Source: Camelus dromedarius
Lineage: Eukaryota
Length of the DNA: 64,000 bases
NCBI RefSeq assembly: GCF_036321535.1
Contig: NC_087436.1
Location: 56,484,001 to 56,548,000, forward strand
Direction of reading: 5' to 3'
The notes beneath the pieces are model-generated. The model did not search any database, was not told the DNA's origin, and saw only the letters and a program-made list of their open reading frames with translations. Positions within the stretch are counted from its first letter, which is position 1. Every line of letters begins with the position of its first letter. This document shows, piece by piece, positions 1 to 11,045 of this stretch. A program made the translations under genes and the position numbers.

Positions 1-620
1 AATTTGCACCACAGGAGCATAAGTTAAAGGTGACTTCAGAAAAAAATGGGAAAGGGGACTAATGATTTAACAAAAGTACTGAAGTATTTAGTTAAAATAT
101 TCCTTGTGAATCACAGAATAACAATTAAATAAATTAAACCATAAAATGTAGAAAAATATTTTTCATATTTCTGGATTGTAAAGAGCATTCTAAGTTTCAA
201 AGGAGATGAAGAAAATATTGATCAGCTTTAATAAAGATATATCACTCACATTTCAAACTACATAAAACAAAACTTAAAAGAATCAAAAACCAGTTACAAT
301 TAACAGGACTTTAAAGAATCAAGATCCTTTGATTAAAAAAAAAAAATTCTTCCAAGCCAGTAAGGGAAATACAGCCTCTGAAGAGCAAGGATATAAATAG
401 ATAAATGATAAAAGAATAAAATGTTAATAACTAATAATCCCCTCAGATTCAAGTTCACTAGTAATTAAAAACATAAATAAAACATCACTTTTTCTATCAT
501 GTGAGCAAGCATTTAAAAATCATAAATCTCTTAGTAGGCAAGAGTTTGAGAAAACAGGTAATACATATTTGAAGTGAAAGTATCAATCTGATGGGAAATG
601 TTCTCTAAGGGATATTCAGA
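1..620 (+). mobile_element. Old degenerate L1 fragment (L1ME-like, ORF2 end)
   Basis: A-rich, with decayed L1 motifs such as aaatattgatcagctt, ctagtaattaaaaac, cactttttctatc and gtttgagaaaacagg. Confidence 0.5.
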
Positions 621-3600
621 CTTTTCATCGATTGGAGAGCGGAGCAGAAACAGTCACTTTGAAGTTGATGTGAGGAAAAGAGGAAATGGGAAGGTATAGA
701 AATCACAGGCTAAGGCTGAGAACAACCTTCAGCTTTTTGCTCAAAATTCTTTCATCTTTAAATATACAAGCAATTGTTTTCAGGGACCTTAGTATTAATA
801 AGAATGGAAAAAAACCAAAGAGCTCCAATTTCTTTGGGAGTGGCAGGGAAAGGAACAGAGAAGCAAAGTCTTATAAGATGATGACACGTACAAAACAAGC
901 TTCTTTTGCTCCTCTCTGCCCCATTAATTATTTACATTTTTTAAAGACTCTTAAATGAAAGTCAATATAATCTAAAAGCACATGTGGTCCCTTGATTTTT
1001 GTTTTAATCAGAAATTTTCCACTGTAAATAGAGCAATCATCTTAAAACAAAGTTATAAAATAATATACAATATATGTTCCCTACTAGAAGCTCTTAGATA
1101 TAATCAAAGTATCAAATTTGTTTCTGCAGTTTCTGTTTTTTTCCTGCAGGATTATCTGCCATGTTCTATTGAAAAGGAGAATGTTTATGGGAGCATAAAT
1201 CTAATTGTACTACCAAAAAGCATGGGAGAACTCAGGAAAGCCAGAAAGAGTATCTGTCATTAAAAAATAAGCAAAAATTTTTGAACTATGATTATGAGTG
1301 GAAAAGTCCTCCATCTCAGTTGGGGTCAATAATTAATAGCTAACTTTCAGGGGCTATGAAATAATGCAGAGGAGTCTAACACAACACAAAACACAAAGAT
1401 ACAACAAATTAAGCTTTACATGCAATACACAGAATAAAAATAAAGCAACTACAAATGATAGGAGAAGCCACAGTGATCTGGTCTTACAATTATGTATTTT
1501 AAAATCAAAATCTAACTAGTTACTTTAAAAGCTGATCTTTGGCAAGTCACATTACCACTTTGTACCGTATTTGCCCACATGTATAAAAAAAAAAGTTGCA
1601 GAAGAGTTTGAAGGTTCTGCTTCCATAATTCATTCATTCTTCTCCCATGTTCTATGAATTCTATGCCATGCAAAGCTATGGAAAAACCTGGATTGGCAAG
1701 CTAAGCTGCTAACAATAATAAAAATACTTTAATTGTTTTGGCAACTTCTTTATGACTCACTCCAACCAAAGTTCTTTGACCTCTTCTTGGTGGTAGTGGT
1801 GGTGATATTTTTTGCTTGTGTTTGTTTTTGCTATAATCTCACATTGAGGCAAGCTGAGGTTTCTCTCATCACTGGCCGATGGAAACTAGGTATGTTTCTA
1901 AGTCCATGCTCTTCCGGTTTTATAATATTTATATGACTTGATATGACAGCAAGATGCATAAAATGTATACCTGTATCTCTGGTGAGGCATCTTATCCATA
2001 CCTATTTAACTACAGGACAGTTATGTGGGCAAAATAAATCTGAAGAGAAATTATAGATTGAATTATGGTCCATTCCAACCAAATTAAAAAGCTACCAAAT
2101 TTTCCTACAAAAATACTAATCTTGTTTTCATTCCTAAGAAAGACACAATTCAAGGTTAAATAAACAGAAGAGTCATACTCAGTAGCTGGAAGGGGTGTGT
2201 AAGGCTCCAACAGCAGTGGGAACTGCTGGCAGGCTATGCTGAGAAGTAAAAACAACCAAAATGAGAAAAGCTGTGAATTACTCTAAATCATGCATGAAAC
2301 TTTACCTTTGACTCTGGTATACAAATTATTTCATATGCAAAGTAAGTATTTTTATGTATGGTGGAAAAATAAAACAAAAAGACAAAATAAAATTGTATTG
2401 AGTATCAGAACTAAAAGAAACAGCTGCTATTTCTCAACCGCTTTTTTAAACATTGACATCCTTTTCTTTCAACATTTCTATTTGGAGGAGAAAATTATTA
2501 TTCTGACTGACTTAAAGTTTCACCTTTCAGATTTGAGAATTTTTAATCCACGATTTTCTATTATTTCATTAAAATCCTAACTTTCTCTACAGTGGGAAAT
2601 AAAATTAGGATGTGTAATCTTATCAGAATGACTGGGAGTCATTCTACTCTGTAATTCTCTAGGATACACAAGGATGGACCCCTTCTCTCCTGAGATTCTC
2701 TCTGGGCCTTTTGGAAAGTGTAACACTATCTTCATTTACTAGAGCATCACTTTAATTTACTGCAGCAGTCCATGTGGGTACAGCAACTAGCTGATTTTGT
2801 TGATAGATTTTATCAAGTTAATTAAACAACATCTTGAGACTATAAACCCTGAATTTGCATGGGCTAACCAATATAATTTTGAACTTGTGTCACTCAAATA
2901 GTTTACAAGTTCAACAAATATCTACTTCCATAGATGAACATACACACACTACTATAAGTGTTGGAAGAAAGAAACAAAATTTTTTTAAAACCATTGTTTT
3001 GACAATGGTCTATACAGGAGTCCAGAGGCTGACAGTGGACCAGGAGGGCATCTGGGGAGGGATGCCTTTACTAAGGCTGCAGGCAAAGACAGGGAGAGAG
3101 TTCTCAAGATAAAGGGAGCAACATAATTCCAAAAAGGAATAAAACAGTATGGACTACTTTGAGAAATACAAAATATTCAGTAACACTGGAGTGTTGTTAC
3201 AGAGGGAAGGGAAATCTCTTATGGGTAGAGACAAGAGACATGTGGGAAACAGCCCACAAGGAACAGCAGAAGATGACTACAGAACAAAAGGAGCAGCTAG
3301 ATCAAGAAGAGACCCATCGTGCCAAGAAGCCTGACCTTTATCTACGAGCATCAGAGAGCCAGGGGTGGGAGGGCTTTAGCAGGAAAGTGAAGGGTTCACA
3401 AGGTGGGAGACTGATCACTCTAAAAGCAGCACAGCATATGGACTCGTGCAGCAAACGAGACAGGGCAGTGAGATCTATTAGGAGATTAATAGTAACATTT
3501 CAAGCTAAATTCACTACTCTTACTTCAATAGGTAGTTAAAACACGATACAAAAGATCCCATCTCCATTTTATATAATACGTCTACATATAAAATGTTATT

Positions 3601-5597
3601 TACAAATATGATAAATAATCCACATCAGCACTGACATTAAAGTCAAAAATAATATTGAGATGGTGCTTCAGGTTTTAAAATACTCAACAAGCCTTCAACC
3701 AAAATATATCCCATTTTAGACATTGTCAACCAGAAGCACAATTTTCTATTTCCTCTTTATTAAAAGGAAAACTTTTAGTCTATTTTTATTTTAGTAATTT
3801 TATCAGGTTGTTTTCTGCCCAGAGTTTCCGCAGGGTACTTCACAAACAAGATATCAGATGAATAAAAGTAAAAAAATAGAATAAAATAAAAGTCGTAAGA
3901 AATCATTTATCACTGATTGAATATCATGTTATTTATGCAACATATAAAGTGAATAAATACAAGATAGTAAATAAATAACTGAAATCACAATCTTGATCGT
4001 GAGACATTACTCAAAGGCAGTAGGCAAAGAAAAATTTAACTGAGAAATGCCCATTGTAGATCAACCACAGTTGCATTTTCAAAATAAACATATTGCTATC
4101 AAAAATCTAAATCAAACTCATTAAGAAATAGGCAGTACTTGAAAAAGTACAAAGAAAAAACTGATTCAGAGGCTAAAACAAGCATTAAATGAATGTTAAA
4201 ATACAGTTTAAATTCAGATATTAGTCTTAAGCCATATATGAATTAAAAATTGATTTTGAAAGATTTTGTATTATTTTTTCAATTTTATCTGATTCAACAA
4301 CAGTGATATTCTACAACTACTGGCCTCATTTTAAGATGTTTACATTTAGATCGATTTCACTTGCTGTTTTGGATGTGGTTTAGCCTATTTTACAGTGAGC
4401 TGTACCTGAATATTGGCCCTAATACAAAACTTCTGCCTGAGTATTAGCTCTTCCTCTAATGGGCCTACAGTCTAAGCTCTACAACAACTTTCATATTATT
4501 TTTGTTTTTACTTTGAACAATGTAATACAGAAAACCCTTTGGAACTATAATTACCATCTATAACTTAGCCTAAAAATTTTAAATATCCACAAATGTTTAG
4601 CTTCCACAATTAAGGACCAACAATGACACGGAAACTTTCACTCTGTCAGAGAAGTTTCATCTAGTTAATGCCACACCTGCAGCAAAGCAACATACTTACT
4701 TTCGGAGCCATGTGCACTAGACACAAAACACTTAAGTATATAAATTTCTAAATCAGAAAACATACAAAATAATTTCTTTCTGTCCCCCTTCAGCACCACT
4801 GCTTTTAATGTTAATCTGGAATATGCAAAACAATGATAAATGACCATGCTATAAAAACGACAGCACTGTGGACACGCAGAGAAGCACGTGTCGAAGTACG
4901 ACCTGTGATGAAACGAAAAAAGAAACTGCTGATGCGGAGCAAGAGATATTCATGTTTTCAGTAGAGAAATCACATTTTGTGAGGAACCAATCTAGCAAAT
5001 CACTTGGACAAGCAGAGAAATTCTCCTAAATGCTAAATCCTTTGCACCTTTCACTATCACTCTGTCCCCAAACGTAGTCATTATTTCCTTTCAGTGCACT
5101 GCCAAATGGTCACCCGCTTTCTTTTAAAAAGACCCCATGTTGTTCACATTCAGAGCTGGCACACTTTGATAACGTCTACAACATTTCACACATTCATCTG
5201 AATTTTCCCCCTATTCTATTTCTAGACCACCCTCCACTACAACCTACTCATATTCCTGTTTTAATACCAGTATAAAGGTAAACAGGAATTTACCAATCAG
5301 AAGACTTCACGTATGACAGACTGAAGAAACAGGAACTTACTGATAGGACACAACAAGAAATCAGCGTTCAAGAGCCATTCCCACCACCCACGTCATTTCA
5401 GTGTATGATGAACGCACACAGCAGTCTTAGGAGCAGAACACAAAACCACACGGCCACCAAGAACTCTCTTCACCAGCAGCCAGCCCCTCCTTACTAGCTT
5501 TCACATGCCACACAGCCCTCTGCTTACTGATGTAGAGCAGCCAACAGGGAGATGGAGTTTACAAGTAAGAGCGAGACCGAACTGGCTAATTACTTAC

Positions 5598-5692
5598 CTT
5601 CTTATGTATGGCAGGCTGGCTCCTTTAACTTTTTGTTTCCTCTCCTGTCATAGCTCAGGGGCAAATGGTTGTGATTCAGCAGAAGTTTGAAC
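5598..5692 (-). other. BMPR1B: BMPR1B non-coding 5'UTR exon (95 nt), the exon preceding the first coding exon
   Basis: Minus strand reads ttttttttaattgtcag|GTTCAAACTTCTGCTGAATCACAACCATTTGCCCCTGAGCTATGACAGGAGAGGAAACAAAAAGTTAAAGGAGCCAGCCTGCCATACATAAGAAG|gtaagt. Acceptor and donor are strong and all three frames contain stops. Sequence and length match my recollection of the mammalian BMPR1B 5'UTR (...CTGAGCTATGACAAGAGAGGAAACAAAAAGTTAAA...GCCTGCCATAA...GAAG, followed in mRNA by CAAACTTCCTTGATAACATG). Confidence 0.85.
5625..5651 (-). promoter_or_regulatory. Upstream ORF (MTGEETKS*) inside the 5'UTR exon
   Basis: ATG ACA GGA GAG GAA ACA AAA AGT TAA read directly on the minus strand, entirely within exon 5598-5692. 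Confidence 0.6.
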
Positions 5693-5804
5693 CTGACAAT
5701 TAAAAAAAAATTTCTTTTAAAGAAGAAAATTGGAAATTAACGTCCCCTCCACTGCAGCCTTTCTGTCCTTGCTCTGTGTGTGCGTGTTTCTCTCTCGTTT
5801 TCTC

Positions 5805-5840
5805 TCTCTGCAAGGCGGCTACGTAGTGGTCTATAAATAT
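5805..5840 (-). promoter_or_regulatory. Candidate TATA-like box plus initiator (alternative promoter)
   Basis: Minus-strand TATTTATAG starts at 5839. A C-A initiator-like dinucleotide at 5810/5809 lies 30 nt downstream and is followed by a GA-rich leader running into the 95-nt exon. Confidence 0.35.
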
Positions 5841-7099
5841 TGACCCTGACACTTGCTCAGTGCTTTACTTGCTCGTGGCACAGGTCTGTGTTACTGAACA
5901 CCGTGGTAATACTCCGTCAAAGTTCTCAGCTGCTCAGACAAAGCTGTGGATTGGCTCACTACCCAGCAATCCTGTGCCTGCCTGGAAATACCATTTTGCT
6001 GCCAGCTTTACAGATGCTATGGGCCTTTCCTGAGGCCCAAATCAGGCACAGAAGGGCAATTATGAGGTATGTCTAAAGAAATAGTTTTCCTCAAGCAGGT
6101 AGAGAAAAGGGGGGTGGGTTTAGTGGAAGACAAGAAAGGAAATACTGCCTTTGTTTTGGCCAAACAACATAATTTCAAACCCTTAATAAAAGCCATACCT
6201 AAATGTCATTAAATCTAGCTTTATAAAACTGAATTGCTACATATTAAGAATGACCAAAAGACGTAGGAAAGCAGTTTTGTCATTGTTTTTAATATTGCGT
6301 TTCATTGAATAAAGCTGCAGTGACTGAGTAACTGGCCACAAAGAAATGTTTCAACATAAATCTACTCATCCCCAGAATGACAGAAGTGCATTGGAAAGTC
6401 TAGTATCAATAAGATCAAATTATGTATTTGGTGAAAGAAGCTAAAATATAATCTGGGAATTATATGAACAACGTATTATATTAAACACTTCTAGATTTTC
6501 CATTATGACAATTTGAATTATTTTACTTTTCTTAAAATTAAGGATAAAATCTAAGCCATGACTACATAATCTGTAGGAGGTATGAACAAGGCAGCATTAT
6601 CTGCATGTACCACATATAACGTCTACAGTATGAATGATGAGGAAATAAATCAAGCCCATATTCTTTATTCTTCTTGCCAAGAATAATGATATGTTCACTT
6701 TATCGAAATTTCCTCTCCTGATTAAATCAGGACTAAAGGAAACTTAAGAAGTAATCTGGTCACTTACTCATTTAATAGATGAGAAAACTGACCTCCGGAC
6801 CAGATAATTTACCCACAATCATATGGCAAGTCTGTGGCAGAGCCAAGACTAGAAGGCCTTGCCTTATTGCTCACAATGCTGTGCTACTTCTATTGTAAGA
6901 ATGGTTCTTAAACTCATTTTTTAGGTTCAAAAACTGATCTTCATGAGAAATCTTACTAAAAACCTTATCAGGAAGGGCAAATATTACAGCCAGAAAAATA
7001 ACTAGCACAAAACAACAACAGCCTTTAACAGTTTAATGGACCCTCCTAAAAAAAATTATGCACAAAAAATAACATTCTAACAGTTGAAATCTACTTTTA

Positions 7100-7590
7100 C
7101 TTGTTTCATTCAATAATCAGTACGTGCCCAGTAAATTAACTTAATACCAGGAGAAGTATATAAGTAGGTGCTGAGGAGCCGAAGATGAAACATAGCTCCT
7201 ACTCTGAGAACTTTCAGTCCAATTTCACAGGAAAAAAAAGCTACTGACAAAACAGTGTGTCAGCACGGTGATGCAGACCAGGAGGGGAGCACGGGCCCAT
7301 GGAACAGGAGCATCTGAGCCAGTACGGAGTGGTGGTATACAGGCAACCCCTCAATCAAGACCTCTGCACCTTAGAGAAAGAGTAGGCAGCAAAGAGGCAA
7401 AGAAGAGAAAGCCTAGCACGGTAAGGACAGAGAGGTAGGAAAGAGCAGAATACAGAGCTTTCAAGTTCTTTCTTGCTGAAGCACAGAATATGAAGCAGGA
7501 AATGGTTAAGTTAAAAAAAAAAAAAAACGACTAGAAGGAGAAGGTGATGAAGGGTTTTATACACCAGGTTAATAAACTTGGGTTTTATAC
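7100..7590 (-). mobile_element. L2 fragment
   Basis: ttcattcaataa...gtgcccag...gctcctactctgagaactttcagtc resembles the reverse complement of the L2 3' end. Confidence 0.45.
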
Positions 7591-7596
7591 AGTAGG

Positions 7597-8035
7597 CTAG
7601 TAGTCTTCAACTATTTTTATTCAGACACTTAAAAGAATTTTGGAAAAATATATAACCACTCACACATTACCAAGTTAACAACTACAATTTTTCACTTGTG
7701 GTAAAATACGTACTTGAAAAGAATTTAATTTCTGCCCTATTAGAAATATTGACATTTTAGAACAGAACTTCTATCAACTATTTTAAGAATACTCAATAGA
7801 ACCTAAATCCACAGTAATAAAACCATTAATCATTTTTAAAAATACATGAATAGACCCTTCTTTTAACAGCTGAAAATTTTACATTGCTATTTTTTGACCT
7901 ATATTTTTATCTCACTTCCTCACAGAATTTTTATGTAATGTCTTTAACAATTAAGTCTCATTTTTCACCCTATCATACTTCTCTACAACAAAAATTTAAG
8001 GCATTAATTTAAAATTTTTCATCAAGTTTTCTATG
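7597..8035. mobile_element. Probable old DNA transposon fragment (hAT/Charlie-like)
   Basis: Begins ctagtagtcttcaactattttt, resembling a Charlie-type terminus, and interrupts L2-like sequence. Family uncertain. Confidence 0.3.
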
Positions 8036-8213
8036 GCCCCAGGATAATGCGCTATAGTATGATTTGGGATGGATGAGGGTGTGCCCTTCTTCTGCACAGT
8101 AAGAGAAAGACTGCTGTGAATAAAGCACTGCCCTGAGTCAGATCAACATTAATAAAGAGTTTATGCAGAAGTTGAGAAACTGGACACTGACTCCATTAAA
8201 ACTGTCCATTCAA

Positions 8214-8500
8214 TTGCTAAGTGAAAGAAGCCAGTCTGAAAAGGCTATGTACTGTGTGATTCCAACTACATGACATTCTGGACAAGGCAAAAATATTGAA
8301 ACATTAAAAAGGTCAGTGGTTGCCAGGGGTTTGGATGGGAAGGAAGGATGAGGAGGTATAGCTCAGGAATTTTAGGCCAGTGAAACTACATATCTATATT
8401 TTTTAATACTGTAATGGTAGATACATGTCATTATGCATTTGGCAAAACCCATATACAACACAAAGAGAGAGCCTTAATGAAAACTATAGACTTTAGTTAA
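8214..8500 (+). mobile_element. L1M (L1MC-like) 3'UTR fragment
   Basis: taagtgaaagaagccagtctgaaaaggctatgtactgtgtgattccaactacatgacattctgg...cagtggttgccagggg...gatacatgtcattatgcatttggcaaaaccc. Confidence 0.8.
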
Positions 8501-8574
8501 GACTCTTCCCCTATCTTCCTGAAGCATGTGGCCCAAAGGGAATATTATTATTCATGGAGTGATTACTGTCTAAC

Positions 8575-8770
8575 AGGGGCTTTACAAATATTATCTGTAA
8601 CACTAAATACAACACTCATAGAATGGTATGCTTTTGCCTTTTTCAAGAGAAAGAAAATGAGGCTTGGAGTTAGTAAGTGGCTTGTCTGAAGTCATATAAC
8701 TAATAAACAGTATGTCTGGAATTCAGCTCCAATCTGTCTGACTGGTCTACAATCCCACATATTGCCTTTA
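8575..8770 (-). mobile_element. MIR SINE
   Basis: gaaaatgaggcttggagttagtaagtggcttgtctgaagtcatataactaataa matches the reverse-complemented MIR core. Confidence 0.55.
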
Positions 8771-9039
8771 TTATCAGTTACTTGAATAAAAGGTAGAGGC
8801 TGCTCAGGCCAGGCAAGAAAATAGACTAAGCAGTGCTCTCACAAAATCAGAAAAAAAATTAAAGCCTTACCCTCCGTTTCTCTCAAAGAACTACTAGATT
8901 TTAATATTGAGTTATAAACGGTAACAAGAAGATAAGATGAAGAAACTGATCAGTGGAAATCAGTAGACAAAAATAAAATAGCTGACATGCCCTATAAAAA
9001 AAATAACTAAAAGTTCTGCCTTTCATTTGACTGAAGGGT

Positions 9040-9915
9040 AGTGAATGAATGGAGAGTCAAAGGTGTGAAGACTCAATACTGCCAAAGTGTCAGTTCTTCC
9101 CAAGTTCATCTACAGATTCAGTGCAATCCCAACAACTTATTTTTTTTTTGGATATTAACAAACTTATACTAAAGTTTATATGGAGAGGCAAAAGACTCAG
9201 AATAGCCAACACAACACTGAAGAACAAAGTTGGAAGACTGACACTACCTAACATCAGGACTTACTACACAGCTATAGCAATCAAGACAATGCATATTAGA
9301 GAAAGCACAGACAAGTAAATCAATGGAACAGAACAGAGAGCTTAGAAATAGATAGTCAACTCTGACAAAGGAGCAAAGATACAATGAAACAAAGATAGTC
9401 TTTTCAACAAGTGGTGCTGGAACAACTGGACATCCACAAGCAAAAAAAATGAATCTGGACAAAGACTACACATCTTCAAAAAAAATAACTCAGAATAGAT
9501 CACAGATCTACATGTAAAATGCAGAACTATAAAAACTCCTAAAAGATAAAATAGAGAAAACCTGTATGACCTTGGATATGGTGATGACTTTTTAGATACA
9601 ACAGAGGCATGACTGATGAAAGAAATAATTTGTAAGTTGAAATTCATTAAAATTAATAACTTCTGCCCTGAGAAAGACAGTATCAAGGGAATGAGAAGAC
9701 AAGGGAGAAAATATTTGCAAAAGACATCTAATGAAGGACTGTTATCCAAAATATACAAAGAACTCTTACAACTCAACAATAAAAAACTACCCAATTGAAA
9801 AATGGGTCAAGAACTTTAACAGACACCTCACCAAAGGAAATAGACATATGTCACATAAGCATATGAAAGGTGCTCCAATTCATACGTCATCAAGGAAATG
9901 CAAATTAAAACAACG
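9040..9915 (+). mobile_element. L1 ORF2 3' fragment (decayed)
   Basis: Translated pieces (LILKFIWRGKRLRIANTTLKNKVGRLTLPNIRTYYTAIAIKT; GLLSKIYKELLQLNNKK) resemble L1 ORF2p and are broken by frameshifts and stops. Confidence 0.9.
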
Positions 9916-10204
9916 GTATTCCATACACCAACACAGGTGGCTCCCGGACTCACGAGGTCTCTCAGTGATGACACGTTTAATGGGAAGTAACCCAAAACCA
10001 ACATTTAAAAGGTGGGTCAAGGAAGACAAGTCCACAAAGCCTATAAAACATCTATGAATGTAAGTAGAAGAATGAGAAACCGAGAATAGGGGTGAATGAG
10101 GATGGAGTACTCAGGAGGGAGTGGTCAGCAATGTCAAATGCCATGGAAAGACTCAACGTGAAAATGACTGAAACAAGCCCCCTACGCACAACATCAAGAA
10201 AACA

Positions 10205-10300
10205 CAGTGATATTAAATACCACTGAACTGAACATTTTACAAGGGTACATTTTATGGTGTACGCATTATACTTCAACAAAGCAGGTGTTTAAAAAGAAAG
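10205..10300 (+). mobile_element. Old L1 extreme 3' end
   Basis: accactgaactgaacattttacaagggtacattttatggtgtacgcattatacttcaacaaagc followed by an A-rich tail. Confidence 0.6.
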
Positions 10301-10577
10301 GAACAAGAGCACCAATGGCTAAGCTATTTCCATTGGAGGGGGAAGCAAAGTGAGACATGGAGTAAAAGCTCTCTTTCAAAAAGCTGGGCCATGAAGAAAA
10401 GGGAAAGACAGATGGGGTAATGATCTAAAACAAGAAACAACAGCACATCACAGTCTAGAAGTTAAGTGAGTGTTCTGAAGTCAAAATGACTTGAGTTTTT
10501 ATCTTTCTCATGTTGTTTCATAAGTTACATAACGGTAGTTTCCTCATCAATGAAATGAGTTTAGTCTTAGTGCCTCT

Positions 10578-11045
10578 GCACTGGGTATCAGTACTTCATT
10601 TCATTTTATCCTGGAATATTTCATTGTATACGTTACACATTTTATTTGTCCATTCATTCGCTGACAGACATTTAGGTTGTTTCCACTTTCAAGCTATTAT
10701 GAATAATGTTGCCATCAACTTTCACGTACAAGTTTTTGGGTGAACATATGTTTTCATCCCTCTTGGGTAAATAGCAGGAATGAAATTTTAAGTAATACGG
10801 TAATGTTATGTTTAACATCATAAAGAACTGTCAAACTGTTTTCCAAAAGGTTGCACCATTTTAATCCCCACCAGCAATATAGGAGGGTTCCAGTTTCTCC
10901 ACACCCTTACAAACACCTATAATCATCTGTCTTTTTTATTACAAGCAATACTTGTAAAGTAGAATCTCATTGTTTTAACTTCCATTTCCCTAATGACTTA
11001 AATGTTGTGCCTTTTTTCATGTGCTTATTTGGCCTTTTGTCCATT
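10578..11045 (-). mobile_element. L1M fragment (ORF2 end/3'UTR)
   Basis: gacagacatttaggttgtttccacttt...ttgcaccattttaatcccaccagcaatataggagggttccagtttctccacacc, a typical reverse-complemented L1. Confidence 0.85.

Noticed and set aside
3159..3539. 126-aa ORF
   Set aside because: Lies in purine-rich L2-like sequence with no recognisable homology.
9049..10057. Protein-coding ORFs
   Set aside because: Frameshifted L1 ORF2 remnants and their antisense frames.
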